A stretch of DNA of 64,000 nt, taken from an uncultured Clostridium sp. (GTDB lineage Bacteria; Bacillota; Clostridia; TANB77; CAG-508). How positions within the stretch are numbered: position 1 is the first letter of the stretch; every line of letters starts with the position of its first letter. Position numbers and translations under genes: made by a program. The notes below the pieces were generated by a model that searched no databases, had not been told where the DNA came from, and was given only the letters and a program-made list of their open reading frames with translations. The stretch is from positions 78,180 through 142,179 of the forward strand of contig CAOKFZ010000002.1 of the NCBI GenBank assembly GCA_948467875.1, read 5' to 3'. This document shows positions 30,041-40,024 of this stretch, piece after piece.

Positions 30041-31302
30041 AAATTATAGAAAATAATAAAATCCAAGAAAAAGTATATACGAAAAAAATGCCCAATGGTT
30101 TGAGTGTTATGGTCATTCCGAAAAAGACAGAAAAGAAATATATCATTTGGGGAACGCAATATGGTTCGATTGACAATCTTTTTCAGCTCGGAGAAAAGGA
30201 AAGCACGATTCCAGATGGCATGGCCCATTATATGGAACATAAATTATTTGAGCAAGAAAATGGAACTAACAGTTTGGATGTGTTGACAAGTTTGGGTGTC
30301 AATGCCAATGCGTACACGACAAATAACCACACGGCGTATCTTTTTGAGGCCTCTAATGATAAATTTTTTGAGGCTTTGGATGAGTTTATGAATTACATTC
30401 AAAATCCGTATTTCACAGATGAAAATGTTGAAAAAGAGCGTGGGATTATTGAGCAAGAAATTATGATGTATGATGATTATCCGGATTGGAAAATTTACAT
30501 GAATGCGATGCGTGCGATGTATCATAATAATCCAATTAAGATTGATGTGGCAGGCACGAAAGAGACCATTGCAGAAATTACAAAAGAGAAATTACAGGAT
30601 GCCTATCATTGTTTTTATCGTCCAGAAAATATGGCAATTGTGGTTTGTGGTGATTTTGAGCCAGAGCAAATTATAAAAGAAATTGAAACAAGAATGACAC
30701 TTGAAAATTTGGATGAAAAAGTAAAAAGATTGTATCCAGAAGAGCCAGAAGAAATTGTAAAACCAAGGATAGAAGATGAAATGAACATTACAAGACCGCT
30801 TTTTATCATTGGTTATAAGGATACTGTAAAGGCAGAAAATCAAATCAAAAAAGAGTTGGCTTTGGAAATGGCGTTTAACATTTTGATTGGAGATAGCTCA
30901 AAATTGTATCAAGATTTGTATGAACAAGGTTTGGTGCAATCACAGCCAAGTATGATTTATGAAAATACGAATACGTATTCTCATTTGCTAATACAAGGAC
31001 AAAGTGAAAAATATGATGAAGTGATTAGCAAAATAGAAGAGGCAATTGAAGATTTAAAACAAAAGGGAATTGAAGAAAAAGAGTTTGAGAGAATGAAGAA
31101 AAAGCTCTATGGAGAATATGTAAAAAGTTATAATGATGTAGAAAGTATTGCGACTAGCTTTTTGCAAAATTATTTTAGAGGAATTAATCCATTGGATTAT
31201 TTTGAAGAATTTGGTGGCATCACAAAAGAATATACGTTACAAGTTTTAAAAGAAGTAATGGACAAACAAAAGCAAATTATTTCAATTATAAAATCAAAAT
31301 AA
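30037..31302 (+). CDS. M16-family zinc peptidase subunit 2
   Basis: HYMEHKLFEQENG matches the inverzincin HxxEH-type motif. RBS AAGGAGG. Confidence 0.7.
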   Translation: MKIIENNKIQEKVYTKKMPNGLSVMVIPKKTEKKYIIWGTQYGSIDNLFQLGEKESTIPDGMAHYMEHKLFEQENGTNSLDVLTSLGVNANAYTTNNHTAYLFEASNDKFFEALDEFMNYIQNPYFTDENVEKERGIIEQEIMMYDDYPDWKIYMNAMRAMYHNNPIKIDVAGTKETIAEITKEKLQDAYHCFYRPENMAIVVCGDFEPEQIIKEIETRMTLENLDEKVKRLYPEEPEEIVKPRIEDEMNITRPLFIIGYKDTVKAENQIKKELALEMAFNILIGDSSKLYQDLYEQGLVQSQPSMIYENTNTYSHLLIQGQSEKYDEVISKIEEAIEDLKQKGIEEKEFERMKKKLYGEYVKSYNDVESIATSFLQNYFRGINPLDYFEEFGGITKEYTLQVLKEVMDKQKQIISIIKSK

Positions 31303-31326
31303 ATCACAAAAAGAAAGGTGGTTCAT

Positions 31327-32121
31327 ATGATACGATTTCCTGGATTGCATTTGCAATTTTTTGTGAATCCAGTGGCATTCACAATGTTTGGCATTCCCAT
31401 TTATTGGTATGCCATTTGTATCATATTAGCCATTTTAGTTTTTTTTACGCTTTGTTATTGTTTGCCACCGAAATTTGAGATAGACGATTCTTTTTTATTT
31501 GACACGTTATTATATGCCATTGTTTTTGGCGTAATTGGTGCTAGATTTTATTATGTTTTATTTCATTTGGACTATTATTTGTCAAATCCAAGTGCTATTT
31601 TTCAAATTAGAAATGGCGGATTGGCGATTTATGGGGGAATTTTTGTAGGGGCATTTGTCGTTTTTTATCAGTGCCGAAAAAAGCAGTATTCGATGCTTGA
31701 TTTTTTGGACCGCATTGCGCCATTTTTTGCACTTGGGCAAGCGATTGGAAGATGGGGAAACTTTTGTAATCAAGAGGCATATGGGACGCCTACCGACCAT
31801 TTTTTGAGAATGGGAATAGATACCCCCGGGGGGTATTTGGAAGTGCATCCTACTTTTTTGTATGAATCTGTTTTGACATTTTTTATTTTCTTAATTTTAA
31901 GAAAAATGCAAAAAAAGAGAAAATTTCAAGGGCAAATTACATATTTGTATTTGTTTTTGTATGCTGGCATTCGTATGTTCATAGAACAATTGAGAGTCGA
32001 TAGTTTAATGTTAGGTAATTTCAAAATTTCCCAGATTTTGTCGATTGCAATTTTTGTAGTTTTTGGCAGAATCTTGTTGAAAAAATACGGAAAATATAGA
32101 AACGGGAAAATAGGTGCATGA
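31327..32121 (+). CDS. lgt: Prolipoprotein diacylglyceryl transferase
   Basis: GIPIYWYAICIILAILV...GQAIGRWGNFCNQEAYG matches the Lgt signature. Confidence 0.8.
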   Translation: MIRFPGLHLQFFVNPVAFTMFGIPIYWYAICIILAILVFFTLCYCLPPKFEIDDSFLFDTLLYAIVFGVIGARFYYVLFHLDYYLSNPSAIFQIRNGGLAIYGGIFVGAFVVFYQCRKKQYSMLDFLDRIAPFFALGQAIGRWGNFCNQEAYGTPTDHFLRMGIDTPGGYLEVHPTFLYESVLTFFIFLILRKMQKKRKFQGQITYLYLFLYAGIRMFIEQLRVDSLMLGNFKISQILSIAIFVVFGRILLKKYGKYRNGKIGA

Positions 32122-32449
32122 AAAAGGAGAAAAATGTCTATCAAAAAGTATTTTAAATGTTGATTTTTTATTGACATTGCTAAATAAATATGGTATTTTG
32201 GAAGAGAAGAAACAGAGGGGACAAAAAATGTCAAAAAAATGTCATAGGGGGACAATTTTATGATAAATGATGAAATTTGTAAATTAAGAGAGAAACTAAA
32301 CAAAAGTATTGAAGATGGGGAAGATTATAGTATTGTTTATAAAATCAGTGTAGAATTGGATGAATTAATTGCGAAATATTATAATGAAAAAGCAGCGATG
32401 GAAAAAATAAATAAAAAATAAGGTAGCATTGGCTACCTTATTGGAAAAA

Positions 32450-33235
32450 TTATTTTTCAAAGTCGTCTAGGCTTTTAAATTCATAGCCCATATTTTTGGC
32501 TTCTTTTATCATGCTGTCTAACATAGCTACATTGTCTTTGGATGTGCTATGCAAAAGGATGACAGCACCATTGTGTAAATTATCTAAAACTTTCTTTTTT
32601 CCGTAGTCACTTCTACCTTGTTTTGAATTATCCCAATCATCATAAGCGTTTGACCATAAAACACTAGTATAGCCAAGTGACTGAACAAGGCTGGCAGTAC
32701 GTTCGCTAAATTCACCTTTGGGTGGTCTAAAGTATGTCATTTCATAGCCTGTAATTTCATAAATGCTGTTGTGCAATTTCATAATTTCTTCTTTGATTTC
32801 GTCATCTTTTAAATTGGGCAAACAAGCATGATTTACCGTGTGATTTCCAACCGTATTTCCATTTTGGATCATTTGCTTTACCAAATCAGTTGCAGTGTTG
32901 ACGTAATGCGCAGTGATGAAAAAAGTTGCTGTAATATTATTTTCTTTTAGAATTTTTAGAATTTCTTCTGTGTAACCTGCTTCATAGCCAGCGTCAAAAG
33001 TAAGATAAATGTAATTTTTATCAGGATTTCCCATAGCAATTCCGTCAAATTTTTCTACTACTTTTAGACTTTCTGTATCCAAAGTGGCTTGTGCATGATT
33101 TTCGCCACGCCTAAAGCCCCAAGCTAACGTTTTATTGCTCAGTTCTTGATTGGCTTGTGATGCAATGGAAAACTGAATAATACTGACTATTAAGATTAAG
33201 CAAATGAAACCATATCTTATGATTCGATCTTTCAT
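32450..33235 (-). CDS. Polysaccharide deacetylase (NodB-domain; PdaA-like)
   Basis: YLTFDAGYE...GNHTVNH motifs plus an N-terminal signal anchor. Confidence 0.75.
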   Translation of the reverse strand: MKDRIIRYGFICLILIVSIIQFSIASQANQELSNKTLAWGFRRGENHAQATLDTESLKVVEKFDGIAMGNPDKNYIYLTFDAGYEAGYTEEILKILKENNITATFFITAHYVNTATDLVKQMIQNGNTVGNHTVNHACLPNLKDDEIKEEIMKLHNSIYEITGYEMTYFRPPKGEFSERTASLVQSLGYTSVLWSNAYDDWDNSKQGRSDYGKKKVLDNLHNGAVILLHSTSKDNVAMLDSMIKEAKNMGYEFKSLDDFEK

Positions 33236-33368
33236 TTCTGACCTCCTTTTTTTAAGAATATGTTGTTTTTCTGGAAATATGAAAAAAGAACAAGAGAATA
33301 ATAGTTGAAAATGATTTTTTTTTATGATATATTAGAGAAGAGTTTTTAGTAGAATAGAGGAAAATAAA

Positions 33369-34301
33369 ATGTTGTATGATGAAAATGAGAATGAAAATAT
33401 GGAGATAATAGATGAATTAAATAAAAGAGCTCATTTGCGAAAAAAGGCAATTATTTGTGGAATTATTATTTTGTGTTGCGTGGTTGTGATCATTATTAGC
33501 ATTGTTGTTTCAGTAAAGATGAAAAAAAATAATGAAAATCATCCAAAACAAGGAAATTCAGTAGCAGCCACAAAACCGCAAGAAATCAAGCATATTCAAA
33601 TTGCGCAGCATGATATGGAGCAAATTAAGTCAAAGTTTGTGCCAAAAGAAAATCCGAATGCACAGGAGGAAATTACAAATATTTATTATTCAGATGAAAA
33701 AGTGGCGTATTTGACGTTTGACGATGGACCTTCTAAAAATATTACGCCACGAGTATTGGATATTTTGAAACAGGAAAACGTGCCAGCCACTTTTTTTGTG
33801 TTGGGTAGTCGTGTTGACCTAAATCCAGATTTGCTGAAAAGAGAATATGACGAAGGGCATTATATTGCCAATCATGGTTATTCTCATAATTATTCTCAAA
33901 TTTATACTTCCAAAGATACGGTTTTTGAGGAATATGCGAAAACAGAAGAATCGATTCGTGCGGCTTTGGGAAATCCCAATTATAATACGCATTTGTTTCG
34001 TTTTCCAGGCGGTTCGAGTGGCGGTAGATACGATGGCGTGAAAGGCGAAGCAAAAGGTTTGCTACGTGATTATGGGATTAATTATACCAATTGGAATTGT
34101 TTGACAGGAGATGCAGAAGGGCGAACGACTACAGATTCGCTGATGGAATGCTTAATTCAAACGATGGAAGGAGATGGCGCTATTATTGTGCTGATGCATG
34201 ATGCGAGTGATAAGTCATACACAGCGGAGGCGCTTCCAAACGTGATTTCCTATTTAAGAGAGCAAGGATATACATTTAAAAATTTTTATGAAATTTTTTA
34301 A
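33369..34301 (+). CDS. Polysaccharide deacetylase (NodB-domain), divergently oriented to the previous gene
   Basis: YLTFDDGPS...ANHGYSHNY motifs plus a TM anchor. Confidence 0.75.
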   Translation: MLYDENENENMEIIDELNKRAHLRKKAIICGIIILCCVVVIIISIVVSVKMKKNNENHPKQGNSVAATKPQEIKHIQIAQHDMEQIKSKFVPKENPNAQEEITNIYYSDEKVAYLTFDDGPSKNITPRVLDILKQENVPATFFVLGSRVDLNPDLLKREYDEGHYIANHGYSHNYSQIYTSKDTVFEEYAKTEESIRAALGNPNYNTHLFRFPGGSSGGRYDGVKGEAKGLLRDYGINYTNWNCLTGDAEGRTTTDSLMECLIQTMEGDGAIIVLMHDASDKSYTAEALPNVISYLREQGYTFKNFYEIF

Positions 34302-34523
34302 GAGAAAATAATATTAATTAATTTTTCCGTTCTCCCCATTCTAAAAATTATGGCAAAATCAAAGATTTTGATAATTTTTGAACGGTCCCCACAAGCCACT
34401 TCAAAATTAACCAATATTATTTTATATAATTATTTTTTAAAAAAATACGAACAAATGTATTGACAAAAAAGAAAATTCTGATATAATACAATTATCGAAC
34501 ATATTTTTGGATAGGAGGCGCGT

Positions 34524-36146
34524 ATGATAACTTTATTGCATATAAAAAATATAGGGATAATTGATGATTTGAGTATTCATTTAGGAGAGGGTTTTAATGT
34601 CTTGACTGGTGAAACAGGAGCTGGAAAAACACTGATTATTGGTGCATTAAAAATATTATCAGGTGGTCGTTTTTCAAAAGAAATGATGCGAACAGGAGCC
34701 AAAAATTCTTTTGTGGAATTGTCTTTGGATTTGCCTGATTTTGAGGACCATGTTATTGTTTCAAGAGAAATCAATAGCAGTGGGAAAAATGTATGCAAGT
34801 TAAATGGCAGATTAGTGACAGTGAATGAATTAAAAGAATTTATGAAAAAAGTAATTGATATTCATGGACAAAATGACAATCAGTCGATTTTAGATTTGAG
34901 TCAACATATTGATTTATTAGATGGATATGCAGATTTAGAAATCAGAGATATCAAAAAAGAATATGAAAAGTTGTATCATGAATATGTTGCTACGCAAAAA
35001 GAACTTAGTTTGAATTATGGCGATGATATGGAAAAACAGCGAAAATTGGATTTGCTAAATTATCAATTACATGAAATTGAAGAGGCGGATTTGAAAGAAG
35101 ATGAGGAAGAAGAATTGGAGGAAAAAAGAAAGTTGATACTTGCTTCTGAGAAAATTGCAAGTAATTTGCAAGAAGCACAAAATGAAATTGATAATCATTC
35201 AATTGATGGGTTAAATAATGCGATTAGGGCTTTGGAGAAAATTGAACAATACAATAATGTTTATGCAGCTATTGCAACAAGGTTAAAAAGTAGTTATTAT
35301 GAAATTCAAGAAGTAGCAAGGGACTTGTCTGTAGAGGAAATTTCTTTTGATGAAGAAGAACAAAATAGAGTGGAACAAAGGCTAGATTTCATCCAAAGTT
35401 TGAAAAGAAAATATGGAAACTCTGTCCAGCAAATTTTGCAATATAAAGCTCAAGTAGAAAAAGAAATTTTTGAAATTACAAATCTGGAAAGTTATATTAC
35501 AGATTTAAAAGAAAAGAAATTGGAATTAGAAAAAAAATTATTGGTTTTAGCCAAGAAATTAAATGAAATTCGCTTAAAATACGCAGAAGAGTTATCCAGA
35601 GAAATTACGAAGGAGTTAAAAGAATTGGAAATGCAAAATGCAGAATTTGAAGTGTCTGTTAAACCAATAGAGGAAAATAAGTTCAATAGTAATGGCTTAG
35701 ATAAAGTGGAATTTTTGATTTCTACGAATAAGGGGGACGAAAAGAAATCCTTGATTAAAATTGCGTCTGGGGGAGAAATGTCAAGAGTGATGCTAGCGAT
35801 AAAAACTGTTTTGGCTGATGTTGACCAAACGCCAATTTTAGTGTTTGATGAAATTGATACTGGAATTAGTGGTGTTGCAGCAAATTCTACTGGCGAAAAA
35901 ATGAAAAGAATTGCTAAAAATCATCAGGTAATTTGTATTACGCATTTGGCGACAATTGCGGCAAAAGGCGATTTCAATTATTATATTTACAAAAGCAATG
36001 AAGGGAACTTTACTAAAACACATGTAAATCAGTTAACAGAGGAGCAGACAATTCGTGAAATAGCGCGTATTTCCAATGGAGAAATAACAGAGACATCATT
36101 GAAAAATGCGCGTGAAATGCGAAGTGTATCTCAAAAAATTGCATAA
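34524..36146 (+). CDS. recN: DNA repair protein RecN
   Basis: N-terminal Walker A NVLTGETGAGKT, long coiled-coil, and C-terminal ABC signature region. RBS GGAGG. Confidence 0.8.
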   Translation: MITLLHIKNIGIIDDLSIHLGEGFNVLTGETGAGKTLIIGALKILSGGRFSKEMMRTGAKNSFVELSLDLPDFEDHVIVSREINSSGKNVCKLNGRLVTVNELKEFMKKVIDIHGQNDNQSILDLSQHIDLLDGYADLEIRDIKKEYEKLYHEYVATQKELSLNYGDDMEKQRKLDLLNYQLHEIEEADLKEDEEEELEEKRKLILASEKIASNLQEAQNEIDNHSIDGLNNAIRALEKIEQYNNVYAAIATRLKSSYYEIQEVARDLSVEEISFDEEEQNRVEQRLDFIQSLKRKYGNSVQQILQYKAQVEKEIFEITNLESYITDLKEKKLELEKKLLVLAKKLNEIRLKYAEELSREITKELKELEMQNAEFEVSVKPIEENKFNSNGLDKVEFLISTNKGDEKKSLIKIASGGEMSRVMLAIKTVLADVDQTPILVFDEIDTGISGVAANSTGEKMKRIAKNHQVICITHLATIAAKGDFNYYIYKSNEGNFTKTHVNQLTEEQTIREIARISNGEITETSLKNAREMRSVSQKIA

Positions 36147-36155
36147 GGAGGAAAC

Positions 36156-36890
36156 ATGCGAAACATCAAATTAACCATAGAATATCACGGCAAAGATTTT
36201 AATGGTTGGCAGAAACAGCCGAATAAATTAAATATTCAAGGAGAAATTGAAAGAGCGATTGAGAGTATTACAGGAGAAACAATTGAATTAATTGGCTCTG
36301 GCAGAACAGATGCGGGAGTGCATGCTTTGGGGCAAGTGGCTAATTTTAAAACGAATAGTTATATTCCAATTGATAAATTTGCGGTGGCTATTAATTCAAA
36401 ATTGAAAAAAAGTATCCGAATCAAAAAAGCAAAAGAAGTGGGGGAACGTTTTCATAGTCGTTATTGTGCGCATTTTAAAAAATATCGTTATGTGATTAAT
36501 TGTTCTTCTGCTGGGACAGCAATTTTTCGTGAATTAGAATATCAGTTTCCAATGAAGTTGGATGTGACGAAAATGAAGAATGCGGCAAAATATTTTGAGG
36601 GAGAGCATGATTTTGCTGCATTTAAGGCGAGTGGAACGAGTAACAAAAATAGTGTAAGAAAGATTTTTAAAGCAGAAGTGTTAGAAAAAGAAGAGAGAAT
36701 CTGGATTGAATTGACAGGAAGTGGATTTTTGTATAATATGGTAAGAATTATAGCAGGGACTTTATTAGATGTAGGAATGGGAAGAATAGAACCAGAAGAA
36801 ATTCCAGAGATTATTAAAAGTAAAGACCGAAAACGAGCAGGAAAGACACTTCCTGCATTGGGGTTGTATTTGGTAGAAGTAAACTATTAA
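36156..36890 (+). CDS. truA: tRNA pseudouridine(38-40) synthase
   Basis: The catalytic motif GSGRTDAGVHALGQVANF is present. Confidence 0.85.
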   Translation: MRNIKLTIEYHGKDFNGWQKQPNKLNIQGEIERAIESITGETIELIGSGRTDAGVHALGQVANFKTNSYIPIDKFAVAINSKLKKSIRIKKAKEVGERFHSRYCAHFKKYRYVINCSSAGTAIFRELEYQFPMKLDVTKMKNAAKYFEGEHDFAAFKASGTSNKNSVRKIFKAEVLEKEERIWIELTGSGFLYNMVRIIAGTLLDVGMGRIEPEEIPEIIKSKDRKRAGKTLPALGLYLVEVNY

Positions 36891-36960
36891 AAGAAATCAC
36901 AAAATAGATTAAAATTCATATTATATTACAAAAGGATAATAAATTAAGGAGGAAAAACAT

Positions 36961-37443
36961 ATGACTGATTTATTAATTGCTTTTGTAATTCCAATATTGG
37001 TTGTGATTGTGGCTGCTGTTTTGCAAACCATATTGCATTGCCCGTTTAAGGTAGCAGGAATTGTATTTGTTATCTTAATCATTGCAGCACTAGCTTTAGG
37101 TGGTAGTCTACTTTATATAGCATTTGCATGGATTTTTACAGTGTTAGCATTTGTTGTTGCTTATTTAATTTGTAGATGTTTGAGGTGGGGATGTAGCTGC
37201 AATTGTGGTGGCAATAACAACAATAATGGTGGTAGTGGTAATACGGGAAATAATAATAACGGAAACAACAATTCTGGTAACAATAATACAGGAAATAATA
37301 ATTCTGGCAATAACAATAATGGAAATAATAATAGCGGTAACAACAATACAGGCAACAATAATTCTGGAAATAATAACACTGGTAATAATAATGGAAACAA
37401 TAATAATGATAATGGCACATGTTGGAGAAGCTGGAGAAGTTAA
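36961..37443 (+). CDS. Small membrane protein with an Asn/Gly-rich tandem repeat tail (GNNN[ST] x ~12)
   Basis: RBS AAGGAGG. Two TM helices are followed by a CxxC-rich stretch and then pentapeptide repeats encoded by 15-nt DNA repeats. Confidence 0.5.
   Translation: MTDLLIAFVIPILVVIVAAVLQTILHCPFKVAGIVFVILIIAALALGGSLLYIAFAWIFTVLAFVVAYLICRCLRWGCSCNCGGNNNNNGGSGNTGNNNNGNNNSGNNNTGNNNSGNNNNGNNNSGNNNTGNNNSGNNNTGNNNGNNNNDNGTCWRSWRS
37215..37420 (+). repeat. 15-nt tandem coding repeat (GGNAAYAAYAAYWSN), about 12 units
   Basis: Directly visible periodicity in the sequence; candidate slipped-strand hypervariable tract. Confidence 0.6.
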
Positions 37444-37590
37444 AAGAATTATGGAAAGAGTTGTAAAAAACTTAATATATTGCGTGAGAAATTGGGGGAA
37501 ACGTCCCCAATTTTCGTCCGCTTTTTTTAATTTAAAAAAAGTAGGAGCTATAAAAAACTCAATAAGTTTCGCTTGCTTTTCTTTGAAAGT

Positions 37591-37682
37591 TAGAATTTTT
37601 TACAGCTCCATAATTTTTTGAGAAGATAGAATTTTTTACAGCCTTTTTTTGCATAAATTTTCTAAAATTTGCCACAATAGTT
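37591..37682 (+). promoter_or_regulatory. Direct repeat AGAATTTTTTACAGC (x2) plus a sigmaF/sigmaG-like promoter (GCATA, 18 nt, CACAATA) upstream of gpr
   Basis: Repeat copies at ~37591 and ~37630. The promoter assignment is a weak consensus match only. Confidence 0.25.
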
Positions 37683-37699
37683 TTTGAGGTGATTAATAA

Positions 37700-38629
37700 A
37701 TGGATTTTAGAACAGATATGGCGGTTGAAAGGCGTGATTTATATCGAAAAGCCAACAATATAGAAGATGAAATTGATGGAATCGAATGTGAGGAAGAAGA
37801 GATAGAAGACATTAAAATCACGAGAGTAAGTGTTACGAATGAGACGGGGCAAACGGCGCTTCAAAAGCCAATCGGAAATTATATTACAATTGATGTTAAA
37901 AAAATCAATAATATTGAAACAGAAAAAGAGGACAAAATTGTTGAAGTGATTGCAAAAGAGCTTGCCAAAGTGGTGGACCAACATATTCAAAAAAACGAGG
38001 AAATTATGATTGTGGGGCTTGGCAATTTGTATTCTACGCCAGACAGCCTAGGCTCTAGAGTGGTCAATGAAGTAGAAATTACACGTCATATTAAACTTTA
38101 CTTGCCCCAATATATTGATGAAAATACACGCGCTATTTCTGCGATTTCTCCGGGTGTTTTAGGAACAACAGGCATTGAAAGTGCGGAAATTATTCGAGGA
38201 ATTGTGGATAAAGTCAAACCGAAAATGATTATTGCGATTGATAGTTTGTGTTCGAAAAGTGTGAGCAGAATTAATAAATCGATTCAAATCTCGGATACAG
38301 GAATTGTGCCAGGTGGCGGTGTTGGAAATGCGCGAGATGAACTCTCAGAGAAAACATTAGGAATTCCTGTGGTGGCACTGGGCGTACCAACAGTTGTAGA
38401 GATGGCTTCTATTACAAATGATTGCTTGGATTTGTTTATTGAAGATTTACAGAAAAAGGCTGAGTCAAATGATGTGCTAAATAAGCTAAAAGACGAAGAT
38501 AATTATGAACGAATTAAAAATGCATTAATTCCGAATGATTATAATTTTATTGTGACACCAAAAGAGATTGATGAGTTGATTGATAGCATGAAAGATATTA
38601 TTTCAAGGGGCATTAATGAAGCATTATAG
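37700..38629 (+). CDS. gpr: Germination protease (spore protease)
   Basis: The N-terminus MDFRTDMAVE and its length/fold match GPR. Confidence 0.7.
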   Translation: MDFRTDMAVERRDLYRKANNIEDEIDGIECEEEEIEDIKITRVSVTNETGQTALQKPIGNYITIDVKKINNIETEKEDKIVEVIAKELAKVVDQHIQKNEEIMIVGLGNLYSTPDSLGSRVVNEVEITRHIKLYLPQYIDENTRAISAISPGVLGTTGIESAEIIRGIVDKVKPKMIIAIDSLCSKSVSRINKSIQISDTGIVPGGGVGNARDELSEKTLGIPVVALGVPTVVEMASITNDCLDLFIEDLQKKAESNDVLNKLKDEDNYERIKNALIPNDYNFIVTPKEIDELIDSMKDIISRGINEAL

Positions 38630-38694
38630 GACTTACACCCAATTTGTAAGTAATGAATATGATAGTATATATTTGAATTAAAGGAGAGCGCCAA

Positions 38695-39186
38695 GTGAAA
38701 TCAATCTGCATAAAAACAAACAACCAAGAGATTATCGAATATTTAATCAGCACTTTTGAAAAATTGCCAATGAATCTGTGTATCTCGAATTACAGATTTA
38801 GGAAATATGATAATGTTATTATTCATGATATTCAGAGAGATGAAAAGGAATTTTATGATGTCATTAGCATTGTTTTGAAAAGCGCTATTGAAAGATTTTT
38901 TGAGAGCGATTTAATCAAAAAATGCATCAAGGAAAATTATTTTTATTTGAATGAGGCAGAACAAGAATATGTTTTAAAAATAAGTCATCAAATTATGAAT
39001 TTACCAGATAATAAAATTGGTTACAAAAATAGATTACTAAAGGAACTCATCAAGAGGTACGTCATGGAAAATAAGGCAATGATTTTAGAGGGATTTATGA
39101 ATTTTCGTGCAAAAGAATACAAAGAATTGCTGGATAATATCGTGGAAGTATCAGTTGTAAGTTATTTGGAATTGACATCTTTTTAA
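38695..39186 (+). CDS. Hypothetical protein downstream of gpr
   Basis: GTG start after AAAGGAGAG; no motif recognised. Confidence 0.35.
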   Translation: MKSICIKTNNQEIIEYLISTFEKLPMNLCISNYRFRKYDNVIIHDIQRDEKEFYDVISIVLKSAIERFFESDLIKKCIKENYFYLNEAEQEYVLKISHQIMNLPDNKIGYKNRLLKELIKRYVMENKAMILEGFMNFRAKEYKELLDNIVEVSVVSYLELTSF

Positions 39187-39261
39187 AACACTTTTACAAA
39201 ATAAAATAATGTGATATAATAAAAACATTATTGAATTTATTTGTAAAAGGAGCCTAGAAAG

Positions 39262-39933
39262 ATGTCAATTTTTATGATAAAAATAATGGCTTGTGTCAGT
39301 ATGGTTTTGGACCATGTCAAATATGCCATTCCAGAGACGACTTGTTTTGCCACAAAATATTTAGGAAGAATTGCCTTCCCGCTATTTGCCTTTTTAGCGG
39401 TAGAAGGCTATTGTCATACCAGTAATTTAAAAAAATATTACCAAAGGTTGATTATTTTTGCATTGATTTCACAAATCCCATTTATGTTATTCCGAAGTTT
39501 GGTCGGAAACTGGCGTATGTTAAATATCATGTTTACGTTGCTACTGGGTTTAATGGCGATTACCGTATTTGACAAATTCGGAAAAAAATATTATTTCTCG
39601 TTACCACTCATAGCGCTAATCATTTATATGGGCAAACTTTTTGGTGTCGATTATAGCTATTATGGTGTGGCTGCTGTTTTTACATTATATGTGTGCCGCC
39701 AGCAAAAACTCTTGCGAATTGTAATTTTTGCCCTTTTAAATTTTGTTTACTATTATCCAAGGTTGACAACTTATTATTCGATTTCCAATGTAATTTCGTA
39801 TCTATGTGCTACCTTGCCAGTAGTACTGATTTTGGCGTATAATGGAAAATTAGGACCCAAAACAAAATATATTTATTATATTTTTTATCCAGCCCATATG
39901 CTAATTTTATATCTAATCAGCACCATTTTGTGA
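39262..39933 (+). CDS. TraX-family membrane protein
   Basis: N-terminus IKIMACVSMVLDHV and a polytopic profile. Confidence 0.55.
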   Translation: MSIFMIKIMACVSMVLDHVKYAIPETTCFATKYLGRIAFPLFAFLAVEGYCHTSNLKKYYQRLIIFALISQIPFMLFRSLVGNWRMLNIMFTLLLGLMAITVFDKFGKKYYFSLPLIALIIYMGKLFGVDYSYYGVAAVFTLYVCRQQKLLRIVIFALLNFVYYYPRLTTYYSISNVISYLCATLPVVLILAYNGKLGPKTKYIYYIFYPAHMLILYLISTIL

Positions 39934-40024
39934 TTTTGAAAAAAATAGAAAATAATCGAAAATACTTGTTTGAGACAAGAAGATGTGATAAAATAAATTA
40001 GAGTTGTAAAATAGGAGTGATTGA

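Noticed and set aside
37136-37621. ORFs 37136..37420 (-), 37161..37418 (-) and 37205..37621 (+) overlapping the Asn/Gly repeat gene
   Set aside because: They are artefacts of the 15-nt tandem repeat being open in all frames. Only the + frame starting at 36961 has an RBS and TM helices.
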